A stretch of DNA of 64,000 nt from Haliotis cracherodii. Taxonomy: Eukaryota. The stretch spans positions 25,668,001-25,732,000 of the forward strand of contig NW_027266267.1 in NCBI RefSeq assembly GCF_022045235.1, in the 5' to 3' direction. The position numbers and the translations under genes are program-made. The notes below the pieces were generated by a model that was not told the DNA's origin, searched no databases, and saw only the letters and a program-made list of their open reading frames with translations. This document shows positions 1 through 11,933 of the stretch, piece after piece; the first letter of the stretch is position 1, and each line of letters begins with the position of its first letter.

Positions 1-542
1 CAATAGATGCTATCTGTGCGTCTACAGACCTAATTATGTCAGGTGAGGGAACAGCTGGTCTTTTGGAGTATGTGAGTCTCGGATCGTTCGATCATTATCG
101 GTACGGGGAGATTCATTGCTGAAATGGAAGGGTCTTTCCCTTAAGAAAGATTTGAAATAAATATTTTATGAAATACATATTAACAACTGTTTAGTCATAA
201 TGACGTTATTGCTAATTTAGCTAGATTTGACAGTACATTAAGGCAAAATATATATTATTTCGTAAAAAGTTCCGATTTAAATTCAATTCTAAATGGTAAT
301 TCACATTTAACGGCAGTAACAAATCTTGAAATTTTGAAATCAGTGCACAGTTTTATTCTATCTTCTTGCCGATTTAGAGATTTTGTCTGAGATGTTGGCT
401 TTGCAATATGATACTGTGATGTTGTTGCGCTGGATGTAAATAATAACGCAGCTGTAGTAACGAAAGATAATCCAGTAATTAAACACTTACAGAACAATAC
501 TTATCTTTTATGTCATACATACATATATATATGTTCTTCTTT

Positions 543-815
543 GCCAGTCGTCTAAGGCGCCTCGATTCGCTGTGCAGAGTTGCGTCCCTTGGGCACGCCA
601 GAAACCTATGATTGGGTTCGAATCCCGGTTCGCCACAATTATGTTTCTAGGTTTGTCAGCACCATACCCGTGCTCGTGGGTTTCACCGAAGTGGTAATCG
701 TCTGAGACCTGCATCACTTCGGGCTTTCCTCCCACATTAAGCTGACACGCCGAGATATAACTGGAATACTGTTAAAAGCGGCGTTAAACCCAACTCACTC
801 ACTCACTCACTCACT
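543..815 (+). mobile_element. tRNA-derived SINE family 1 (Leu-like head, CACT tail)
   Basis: CCAGTCGTCTAAGGCGC head, GGTTCGAATCC B box, tail ...ACTGGAATACTGTTAAAAGCGGCGTTAAAC(CACT)n; at least 10 copies in the window. Confidence 0.85.
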
Positions 816-844
816 CTTCTTTGCCAATCCCTCCACTTTATGGT

Positions 845-1080
845 TGTTGTTGGTTTGTTGTTTAACGCCACACTCAGCAATGTTCCAGCTATATGACGGG
901 GGTATGTAAATAATCGAGTCTGGACCAGACTATCCAGTGATTGACATCATGAGCAAAGCATCCACGCAATTGGGATTGATGAGATGCATCAACCAAGTCA
1001 GCGAGCCTGACCACCCGATCCCGTTAGTCGCCTTTTACGACAAGCTGAAGGTTGCTGAAGACCTATTCTACCCCGGAATT
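845..1080 (-). mobile_element. SINE-like family 3 (TGTCGTAAGAGGCGACTAACGGGAT core)
   Basis: Dispersed copies at ~2200-2400, 14640-14830, 26455-26645, 30550-30740, 34660-34885, 49120-49385, 58860-59100 and 61775-62025. Confidence 0.8.
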
Positions 1081-1525
1081 AAAAGACACGAGGGTGAGAT
1101 CTTTTTATCATCCATAATCATTTTTCCAACTTTTTCAGTTTGTAGACAGTAAGAAGCAGTGTCTTAAGTGTAACATGTACTGCTAACAGTAACCAATCAC
1201 GTCACAATGGTCTACAAAGCATTGTGATGCAATTTCATTGCAGCGATATCTGCAGTGTAGATATCGCTTGATCTCACCCAAGCGATATCTCCTGTGGAAT
1301 CCAGTTTTGGATGATAAATCAAGTTAAAATATGTAACTAGTTACATGCCTGTGCACCACAGTGACTTCTTTTGGCCAAGCCCCTTCAGCTCGAGGCCACA
1401 GTGATTAGGCTAATCTGTGCACCGCGAGATAAGAAAACATAAATAGTATAGATACAAGAGCGCATACCAGAACAGTGTGTGTGTGTGATTCTTGGACACC
1501 GAAGGGACTACACGCAGCTGGGAAC

Positions 1526-3936
1526 ATGCGTGCCGCCCACATCGTGACTTGGCTGTTCTTCTGTCTGCCGTTCTTGCAATGCGACGAGACTATCACCATC
1601 TTTCCCGAGTTGCTGAAGATTGGAGATGGCGTTAACTTTGACCATGGACGCTGGAACGGCAAGAACGTCCTTGACAATACCCCTGATATTGCACGTGTCA
1701 AACAAATAGGAGCAACGACGGCCAGATGGGTGAAAGCCGAGGGTTCGGGCGGTGTCTTTGAGCACGTAAGGTCTATAGAAACTGTTTAACATTTTGATTA
1801 CCAGTATTTACCAATTGGAAAATAACAGTGAAACCCCACATGCTTACGATAGAGTCGAAATCGTCAATTGATTTCTGATGAAAATGGAAAGGGTTTTATT
1901 TCTTCTATTTACTTAACAGGGTTATAACGTTTCGTTTATCTGTCCAGGCAACGGAAAACCCCCACAGGAAGGGATATCCCGACCCTGCATACTTCGATTC
2001 CCAAAAAGGGCAATTCGCACAAAAATACTTGGCCAACATGCAAGGATACGGTCAGCCGGAAATGGTCATGATGACGTCAGGTGAAAATGCCCCAATTATA
2101 TTCACAAAACTTCATAACTGCCATCAGTGTGACGAGTGAACGCTTTAACCACCAGACCACTAGGCCATCCAACTTCCCCTACAGCCAAGTAAAGTTACTG
2201 GTTAGAATTGTCCTCATCAATCCATGCTTGTTGTAAGAGGCGACTAACGGGATTGGGTGGTCAGGCTTGCTGACTTGGTTGATGCATGTTATCGTATCCC
2301 AATTGCGTAGAAAGATGGTCATGATCTCAATCAGTGGATTGTCTGGTCCTGATTCCATCATAAAGATGGAGCTCAGAGTGCGGAGTTCAACAAACAAACA
2401 ATCAAATAAATATTATTCCCTTACACGGATTTAAAAACTAGCAAGCTTACAAACTTGTTACCTATGATGTATGTATTTACAGGGAAGCTTTGGCCACACT
2501 GGATAGACAAATCCCACCACAAGGGGTTGTTTCCCAATAATATCGATGCTGCTGCGGAGTTTGAGTATCTTCTCATCGACGCTGTAGACAAAGGAACCAA
2601 AGGAACCCTTCCATTATTCTTTGAAGTCATCAACGAACCAGATGGCAAGTATGCCAGCACAAACTGGTCGACATTCATCTCATACCACGAAGTGACATCT
2701 AAGAAAATCAAATCGAAATATCCACAAATCAGAGTGGGAGGGCCCACGTATACAGGCGCATCTTCTAGTTATGACGCCAATGGATTCAGGGTCTGGAGCA
2801 AGATGGCTGACTTCATGGACATGGCTCTGGACCATCTCGACTTTTTCTCCTTTCACTCCTACGCTGGCCTGGACGTTCACGGAGGCGCTCACCAGTTCCA
2901 TGCTTCTGAAGCAAAGTTGTTTGGTCTTCTTGACCTTATTGAGAGTTATGCCCATAAGAAGAAAGGAAAGTCGTTCGATGTAATCATCAGTGAATTTGGC
3001 ATGGGGAGTATATCGGGGTTGGATGAACAGAAACCATCCCCTTTCATTGACTGGGGTCATATCTATCAACACAACGACCAAATGTTTACCTTCCTTCAAC
3101 GTCGTGATGTGATGAGAAAGGTTGTTGCTTTCTTGCTGACCTACACTGAGCTTAAAGGACAAGCCAGCATCAACTACAGTTTGTTTGACAAGCACCACAA
3201 CGTTAGGGATGTTGCTGACGCTTTCAAGTTCTGGATGAACTTCCGCAATGCGATGATGTTTTTGAGGGTGGACAGTCAGTTCCACAACGGTGAGAGAAAC
3301 ATTGTGCCTCACATCCTACTGGACAAATCTTCAGGAACTGTTTATATCCTTCTTCACAACCATGACCAAAAGCCCACGCACGTGAAGCTAAATTTTGACA
3401 AAGGTTGGCTCCATCCGACAAGTGGAAAGTCCACCTGTGAATATCTGAACGCACAGAAGAAACCGATCCTAGCTAAGGACCAATCAGTTCACGTCACTAA
3501 CTCCATGGTAACTGTTCCTGCTGAAGCGAGTTGTTACTTCCAGTTCCACACAACCCACAACTTTGCCCATGCTCCGACTGTGACCCAGAACACCTACTAC
3601 TCCACCGACATGGTTGTCCCCATTCACAACACCGTCGTCGATGTTAAAGTAAACGTCCCGAACATTGGCAACATTGACTTTGTTCGTCTGAGGATCAGTC
3701 TCAGCAGAGACAGCAAGGCCACTCACGGACCTCCAAAGACGATCATGATGAACAATCACCCATTGACCTCCTTCTACTCCCTCCAGGCTGGCCATTCCAG
3801 TTCCACGGTGTTTGAGACCTACGAGTATGACGTCCCTGCCAGCATCGTACGACAGCACAACAACGATGTTAAGATTACCTTTGTTCACACTGGAGGCTTT
3901 GTGTCTACCGTCGCATTGGTGGTAGGCAGGCACTGA
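1526..3936 (+). CDS. GH86-like beta-porphyranase/agarase, paralog A1 (intact, ~608 aa, secreted)
   Basis: Exons 1526-1765, 1948-2080, 2483-3936 joined by GT-AG introns (phase 0, phase 1) give a continuous 1827-nt frame. Signal peptide MRAAHIVTWLFFCLPFLQC. Clan GH-A motifs EVINEP (acid/base) and IISEFG (nucleophile), plus VGGP, DFFSFHSY, ENPHRKGYPDP. C-terminal TYYS...RLR...N.V.ITF..GGFVSTVAL resembles the beta-porphyranase A C-terminal domain. Confidence 0.85.
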
Positions 3937-4596
3937 ATTATTTGTCAATGGTCAGAGAGAGAATTCACGATAAACGTAATTATGACGATACCCTTTGAAG
4001 CTTAAAACCTCAAACAATTAACAAAGACATCCTTATGCATTCGAGAAACAAAACAATTCCAACCACTGTATGTATGAATAAAGTCAGAGGTGAAAATGTT
4101 TCTTTCTTGTTTGGTAGTTATTTTTTTAGATAGGTTTTTATGTACAACGCGGCTCATCAGGGAGTTAGTAAATGTGGGATTTATATACACTTCCGCGCAC
4201 ACATTTCCGTCTACACTCGAAAACTGGATTTGACCAAAACATAAAAGAAACACTCATGTTCCAAAATACAAGTGATACCTGTATCAAACACATAACCTTC
4301 GAATAACAGTTTCTTGTTTGTGTCATGTTTATGCACAATCAAACGTGGGTGTGTACGTTCTACAGACGTTACAATGTAATATGGATTTACACAGTCTAGA
4401 CCTTCCATGATAAGATTGGTCAAGAACCCAACAATATGTGTCGTCAGCATATGAACATCTCGCAATGCAGGTGCTCCTCCTGACCGTTCTGTGCAATCTC
4501 GCATGAGGGGAGTATTCACTCACAATTTCCCCTGGAACTTATTTTCGGAAGCGTAACAATGAAAAGTGGAAAGGTGAAAGCGGGCTTGACACCCCG

Positions 4597-4740
4597 GACG
4601 TTGGGGTAGCCTAGTGGTTAAAGCGTTCGCTCGTCACGCCGAAGACCCGGGTTCGATTCCCCCCATTGTTACAATGAGTGAAGCATATTTCTGGTGTCCG
4701 CGATATTGTTGAAATATTGCTAAAAGCAGGGTGAACAAAT
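4597..4740 (+). mobile_element. tRNA(Asp-like)-derived SINE family 2
   Basis: GGGTAGCCTAGTGGTTAAAGCGTTCGCTCGTCACGCCGAAGACCCGGGTTCGATTCCC with A/B boxes; duplicate at ~17045-17190. Confidence 0.8.
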
Positions 4741-5016
4741 AACAAGCAAAGCGCCCACGTACTGTTTGGTCACTGTTTCGAAAGATTGTTTCCTCTGATA
4801 GTTGGAGCCGAACAATTTATTGTTCAATGATTCTTCAAGTGAATTATTAATTTTCGGTACAGTTTCATTGAACAATCCAGACCTTTATATGAATCATTTC
4901 CATACAGGTCACTTAAAATCCAGCCAGGAAGATTCCCAAATTCCTCAAACACAACCAGCACAACATCAAAGGTTATAGAAACCCACAAATGATTATGTTG
5001 AAAGGTATATATATTC

Positions 5017-5298
5017 AAGTGAGTGAGTGTGTTGGGTTTGACGCCGTTTTTAACAGTATTCCAGTTAAATCGCGGCATGTCAGCTTAATGTGGGAGGAAA
5101 GCCCGAAGTGATGCAGGTCTCAGACGTTTACCACTTCGGCGAAACCCACGAGCACGGGTATGGTGCTGACAAACCTAGAAACGTTATCGGGGCGAACCGG
5201 GATTCGAACCTACAATCACAGGTTTCTGGCGTGCCAAAGGGACACAACTCTGCACAGCGAATCGCGGCGCCTTAGACGACTGGGCCACGCGTGCCCCC
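5017..5298 (-). mobile_element. SINE family 1
   Basis: Reverse complement of 543-815; duplicate at ~17476-17756. Confidence 0.85.
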
Positions 5299-6267
5299 AC
5301 ATATATTCAAGGCGAAACTCCATATATAAATCCATAAATTTCCACTAAAAGTCCGTGATTTTACGACATGTCTGCAGGCAAAGTTGTTAGAAGGTTGATG
5401 TCTGGTCCTAGTTATAAGTCTATACTGAAAACACAAGTAAGTTCAAAACACGACGTGAATATATGTCTAGATAACCAAGCCTCGGATATATGGCTAGACA
5501 AACACGACCTGGACATATCGTTAGATAACAACTTTAGATGTGTTTTCATGACGCTTGGGTGTCGACTTGAGGTATTAGGAAAACTCCAATTGCCGCAGGT
5601 GGAGATGATAAAGAGGTTAAGCACTTCAGTATAATCCACAAGGACGTATTTATTTGTGACAAAGGCTCATGTTCAGTAATAGCCGTAATTTATTTTCGCA
5701 AGAGACATTAAACATCTTTTACAAAAGATGATAAACCATTATCAAATCCTTCTTTGAAAAGTTGTCTCAGGAACATACTATGCATAAGAATTACATATTT
5801 TGGATGATAATTTGTGATCAATGACAAACAAAGATAACAGCGTTCCTGGTGCTGGTATTGACAGAAAAAAACATTAATAGGACTATTTGGACGTACATTT
5901 TATATCAACGGCACCTGTTCAAAACCTCAAACCTCCGAATCATTTAACATTACGTTAGGGACCACCATCAGCGCTAATTTCATCTTCAGTACTAAGAATA
6001 ACAGAGTATATGAATCTAAATAGATAATCCAAGGAATGTTCTGCTTTTTTGCTAAGGCTAGATGGGATTAAGAAAAAAATAAACCTGTTCCCCAAATACT
6101 GAATATATTTGTGAAAAATAAAGTGTTGTGGGTTAAAAAAATGTGTTTGGCTTTTATTTTTCGGCTCTTTAAGCCGACTGAGAAAGATATGCTCCATCAA
6201 ACCAAAACTGCTAGGGCCTCATGAATAATAAATGTCGATACCTTATTCATCTTCTTGGTCTTTACAG

Positions 6268-6655
6268 ATGTTGATTGGCCTCACTGGCTGGACCAGTCCG
6301 AGCACCACGGCGTCTTCCCCAACAGCATCGACGTGGCAGCAGAGTTTACCTTTCAAGTCATGGAAGCAGTCGACACAGGAACAAATGAGAAGGTTCCTTT
6401 ATTCTTTGAAGTCATCAATGAACCAGATTCACAGATTCACTATATGAACTGGACAATCATTGTTAAATTCACCAGGCTGTTGTCCAGAAACTGAAATTGA
6501 AGTATCCTCACACCCATGTTGGAAGCCCGACACACACTGATGCATCAGCTTCCCTTGCCCAATGTGATTTCAGCGCTTTTAAGAGGACGGAAGAGGAAGA
6601 TGATCACAAACCATCACCTTGTCTTGACTGGGCATGCGCATGCCAACACAAAGCC
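6268..6655 (+). pseudogene. GH86 exon-3 relic (type C), frameshifted and internally deleted
   Basis: Acceptor tttacag at 6267, then DVDWPHWLDQSEHHGVFPNSID...FFEVINEPD. The frame breaks near 6480, and KYPHTHVGSPT joins directly to KPSPCLDWA. Ends at a SINE. Confidence 0.85.
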
Positions 6656-6667
6656 CAAAAGTTTGGA

Positions 6668-6920
6668 TGGCATGGGTGGCCTAGTCGCTGTGCAGAGTTG
6701 CGTCCCTTGGGCACCTCAGAAACTTATGATTGTGGATTCGACTACAGTTTCAAACTGATTATGTTTCTAGGTTTGTCAGCACCATACCAGTGCTTTTGAG
6801 TTTCACCAAAGTGGTGAACGTCTAAGACCTGCATTTCTTCGGGCTTTCCTCCAATATCAAGCTGACACACCGTGATATAACTGGAATATTGTTGAAAGTG
6901 GCTTTTAAATCACTTACTCA
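6668..6920 (+). mobile_element. SINE family 1 at the 3' end of the GH86 relic
   Basis: Family homology; duplicate at ~19125-19367. Confidence 0.8.
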
Positions 6921-8289
6921 AAGAGATCAACATTCAGCTTTCTAGCCCTACTTTTCGTAAGGTTTTGTGGTTAAATTTGATCTGCTATAGTCGTTAATAG
7001 TGTCTATCCGTCTGAATTTCTGAAAGAGGATAATCAATCCTTGAACGGAAACCGAATAATTATTGTGCTTGGTCATGTAACATGTTACAGTCGTCTATGA
7101 CATGACAGAATATCTTAAGGTAACTATTTGTGTTCTTTCAAAATTAATCAATTGATCTTTTTACGACCGGACATTGTGCAACTAAAACAGCAAAAGTCAG
7201 CCAAGCAAATACATATATTATGGAACATTGTGCAGAAAATAAATAGATCAGAGATGTAATAACTCAAGTTCACTGTTCTGATCAATTGAAACTTTCCTAT
7301 AAGCAGCTACCCAACTCCAAAGACAAGAAGAAATATTTACAGTTGAAGTTGAGAAATGTGGGGGTTGAGGGTGTTTGCCGGGATTTTGTCTTGAAACCAA
7401 ATATGTTTTTAATTCTAACTACGAGCCAACACATTTCTTAAAAAACACATTGCAAAAATATAATTTCTTCGACAGAAAAATTCTTTTTTTTTCTGACAAT
7501 TTGAAATATAATCATTTTTGTCAAAAATTTTCGGGGACTTTTTTTTCCGATTAATATGGATATCGTCCCCACCAAAGCGACCAAAAGAGTCGGGTGGTCA
7601 GAATCAGGCACGGTGACATGGTTGATAGCTCGTGAATGAACCCCGAATCGTTGCTTATAATATCAATCAATGGATTGACTGGTCCAAACTCGATTATTTA
7701 CAGGTCGTCGTCATATACCTGGGATATTGCTCAGTTCGATGTTGATTAACGCAGCAAGCAAGATTCAAATTATCCTTTGTTTCCTTTGAGTAACCTAATT
7801 GTGTCTACGCCTCTTAGGATGCCAAACACTACAGACGTTCTTGTATGTTTGCATTTTTGTGGCCGTAGTCAGCAATAATACAACTATATCACATCAGCCT
7901 TCATGTGTGATGCACAATTTGCTTATATTGTCACAGTTGCACCACATCGATATTTTGTTTGTTGGTATGTTGTTTAACACCGCACTCAGCAATATTCCAG
8001 CTATATGATCATGACGCACATCGATATTTCGCTGTCGTTACACACCACATGGTTTTGTATCCACTTGGGCACACAGAATCACTCCAATGCCATCTGACAT
8101 TTCATCAATATTATCACAAATCTCTATCATGAAGATATCATTCAAAATATTTGTATATGCTACAGCTAAATGTTAGTCACTGCACATGCCACTGTTATGT
8201 TTTAAATGTACCCCTCTCTACCAACACGAATATATATAATATATGTTTACAATTATGTACTAATAATACATTGGCGTCTCAGTTACAAC

Positions 8290-8462
8290 AGGGGCGGTCG
8301 GGTAGCCTAGTGGTTAAAGCGTTCGCTCGTCACGCCGAAGACCCGGGTTCGATTCCCGACATGGGTACAATGTGTGAAGCCCATTTCTGGTGTCCCACGC
8401 CGTGATATTGCTGGAATATTGCTAAAAGCGGCGTAAAACTATATTCACTCACCCACTCACTC
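8290..8462 (+). mobile_element. SINE family 2
   Basis: Full tRNA head and CACT tail; duplicate at ~20731-20903. Confidence 0.85.
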
Positions 8463-8624
8463 AGGTACAACACATTCAACTAACAATAACCCACTGATTT
8501 CATGAAAATATACTTCAGTGCCACACATACGGTAAGGTTTATAATTAAAATACAATTTAACATTAACCTACTTGGGTGTCTTTTTACGGTTACAATGTCT
8601 GTATTCACAGTTGGGGTCGTGTAA

Positions 8625-8665
8625 CTGATAAGGTAGAAACATTCTTTCCTATGCATGTATATAAA
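8625..8665 (+). promoter_or_regulatory. Candidate GATA site and TATA box of B1
   Basis: CTGATAAG at 8625 and TATATAAA at 8658, about 95 and 63 nt before the ATG. WGATAAG occurs at a similar distance in A1, A2, A3, G6 and G7. Confidence 0.45.
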
Positions 8666-8720
8666 GTACAGCTGTGTCAACTGATTAGCACTCGTTCTCT
8701 CGTTGGGCGATATATCTAGC

Positions 8721-11700
8721 ATGAAAACAGCAGACATGAAATGTCTGACACTTTTCGTGTCTATTCTATCAAGCGCAAGATGTGATTACACCGTGTCCAT
8801 CTTTCCTGAAATTCTGAAGATTGGTAAAGTTACACATTTCGACCACGGGCGATGGAATGGGAAGAATGGATTGGACAGCTCAACAACAATTCCTCTTGTT
8901 AAGGAGGTTGGAGCAACCGCAGCCAGGTGGTTGAACAGAGACTTGGGAAATGGGTTGTTTGAGAAGGTGGGACATATTATATTATTTCCGAATCTTTAAA
9001 TAGCATTGTATTGCTCCTCCATCTAAATGAGTGAGCGAGAGAGTTTGGTTTAACGCCGCTTTTAACAGTATTTCAGTTATGTCACAGCGTGTCAGCTTGA
9101 TGTGGGAAGAAAGCCTGAGGTGATGCATGTGTCTAACGTCTACCACTTTGGTGCAAACCAAGAGTAGGGAGACAAACCTAGAAACATAAACGGGGCAAAC
9201 GGGATTCGAACTCACGATCATACGTTTCTCGCTTGCGCCTTTGACGACTGGGCCACCTCTAAAAGAAGGAATCTTTAAGGGACTGGGTTTTATGCCGCTT
9301 TTAGCAACATCATAGCAATATCATGACAGGGCACACAGTGTGGATGAGTTGGTAGTGTTTCATTGCATACAACAACTGGTGGCCGAATTGATGTCCCCCC
9401 ATGGTCATAGAAACGTGGTCTAACTTAGTTTACTGGTGGACTAATGCCAATATGTACTGGTGATAACTTAAATTTTTTTCGCTGTCCTTTGTTAACAGGT
9501 TTTAATTATTAGAAACATGTTTCTATCGTTTTAAAGCTAAACATAAAACACACTCACCCACCCACTCAGTATTCCCACTCACCCACTCACTCACCCACTC
9601 GCCAACTCACTATCTCACTCGCCCACTCAGTGTCCCACTCACCCACTCATTATCTCACTCGCCCACTCGCCCACTCACCCACTCACTATCTCATTCTCTC
9701 ACAATGTACCCGTGTGAGGAGTGAACCAAGGCACCTCGTGAGGACCGAGGTGTAAGGCTAGCTTTTAGCCTTATGCAACTGTAATGCCACTTAATACATA
9801 TCACTACCCAACGATCCAACTTACAAGATAAATTCAGCAATGGCATACTAATACCAATCGTGTAAGGGGCATGATAAAATTTCAAGAGGTACAGAACGCA
9901 CTGGAGGCCCATTCACTGAGGTAACGCGACTGGTTGTGCAGTGTTACGCCCCTTTGGCCTGCCAGAGACCTAAGATCAAAGGTTCGAATCCTGGTTAGTC
10001 CTAATATTGTTTCAGCAACGAAGCATGTTGACACGCCGTAATATAAAACAGTCCACAGCAGCTTAAAACTCTCACTCTCTCACTCACTCAGTCAACATTT
10101 AACTCTCTATCACGTTTCATGTCAGGCACCTGAGAACCCCAACAAGAGGGGCTATCCTGACCCGAAGTACTTTCAGGCCCATCAAAACGAAATCAGCAGC
10201 AGTTACTTGAACGTCGTGAATGGATATGGCAATCCTGAAGTTGTCATGGAAATAAAAGGTATTTCAATTTTTATTCCAGTGTGAATCAATAGAGGTTAGC
10301 ACGCGAGTGTGTTTTTGGGAGTGTCTTTCTTATATTCTATGGTCGAAAGAAGTAACCTCATATCTCACAAATAATAATGTATAATGTCGTCATAATATCC
10401 GTTAAAAGTTGTTGACAGAAGAGGATGCACTTTCATTCACTCACTCAGAGGCATTATTTTTCTTATTTAGGTTTGTATTGGCCTCATTGGATGGACACCT
10501 CGGCCCACCACGGATTCTTCCCTAACAACATCGATGCGGCAGCCGAGTTCGTCTTCCTGCTGGTCGACGCGGTCAACAAAGGAACCAATGGAAAACCGCC
10601 TCAATTCTTTGAAGTTATCAATGAACCAGATGGTCAATGGAAGAACACAAACTGGACTACCTTTATCACATTTCACCAGGCAGTGGCTCAGAAAATTAAG
10701 GCAAAATATCCAAATATCAAGGTCGGTGGGCCAACGTATACTGGAGCTTCAATTTTGTTTGACCGTAATGACTTCCGGACTTGGAAGACATTGGCAGAAT
10801 TTCTAGACATGGCTCTGAACCATTTAGACTTTTTCTCGTTTCATTCCTACTCAAGTATGGATGTGAGTGGAGGCTCACACCATTTCCACGGGAGCTCCGA
10901 AGCTAAGCTCTTTGGTCTTCTGGATCTGGTTGAGAGCTATTCTCAGAAGAAGAAAGGTAAATTGATTGATATCATTGTCAGTGAATTTGGTCTCGGTCCG
11001 GTATCAGGACTTGATGTACAGAAACCATCCACCTTTCTTGACTGGGCGTATATTTATCAACATAATTCCCAGATATTCACCTTTCTACAACGTCGGGATG
11101 TCATGAGAAAAGCGGTAGCTTTCCTGCTCACATCTACTGAACTTAAAGGGCAGGCAAGTATTAACTATAGCATCCTTGATAAAAACCACAACGAGAGGGA
11201 CATTGCGCAAGCTTTCAAGTTCTGGAAGTCCATCTATGACACAATGACATACTTGCGAGTAGACAGTCAGTTCCATAATGCTGAGAGGAAGATTGTACCC
11301 CACGTTTTAGTTGATCAAGGGAACGGCAGCCTCAGCATTCTCCTCCATAACAATGACCAAAAGCCAAGTCATGTGACCCTACATTTTGACAAAGGTTGGT
11401 TCCATCCGACAAGTGGAAAGTCCACCTGTGAATATCTAAACGCACAGAAGAAACCAACTCTAGCTACAAACCAACCAGTTCATGTCACTAACTCCATGGT
11501 AACCGTTCCTGCTGAAGCGAGTTGTTACTTCCAGTTCCACACAACCCACAACTTTGCCCATGCTCCGACTGTGACACAGAACACCTACTACTCCACCGAC
11601 ATGGTAGTCCCCATTCACAACACCGTCGTCGATGTTAAAGTAAACGTCCCGAACATTGGCAACATTGACTTTGTTCGTCTGAGGGTTAGTGTCAGTTTCA

Positions 11701-11933
11701 GCATGAAGTCTCCCCATCAGAAACTAAAGTCGGTGGTTGTTAACACGCACACCTTGACGTCCTTCTACTCACTGCATACCCACAGCGGCGCTGGTGAAGA
11801 CACTGTATGGGAGGTCTTTGAGTACAACGTCCCCAACAACATGCTACACCAACACAACAATGACGTCAAACTTAGCTTCTCCGAGGCTGGGGGTTATCTG
11901 TCTACTGTGGCAGTGATCGTTGGGAGTCACTGA
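8721..11933 (+). CDS. GH86-like beta-porphyranase/agarase, paralog B1 (intact, ~613 aa)
   Basis: Exons 8721-8966, 10126-10258, 10471-11933 with the same intron positions and phases as A1. Signal peptide MKCLTLFVSILSSARC; EVINEP and IVSEFG present. Confidence 0.85.
9028..9258 (-). mobile_element. SINE family 1 (degenerate) in B1 intron 1
   Basis: Family homology. Confidence 0.7.

Noticed and set aside
508-735. Recurring small ORFs (MGGKPEVMQVSD..., ...CINQVSEPDHPIPLVA...)
   Set aside because: Translations of SINE copies.
2455-2482. ORF-track starts for the ~490-500-aa GH ORFs
   Set aside because: These starts lie in intron 2; the real proteins begin two exons upstream with a signal peptide.
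2680-3948. Long antisense ORFs overlapping GH86 exon 3 (and equivalents in other paralogs)
   Set aside because: Shadow ORFs of the coding strand with no recognisable motifs.
4211-4519. 102-aa minus-strand ORF repeated at 16659-16967
   Set aside because: Conserved only because of the recent segmental duplication; no recognisable motif or splice structure.
8290-8365. Functional tRNA-Asp gene
   Set aside because: The tRNA-like head continues into a SINE body and tail, lacks a proper acceptor stem and occurs in several dispersed copies.
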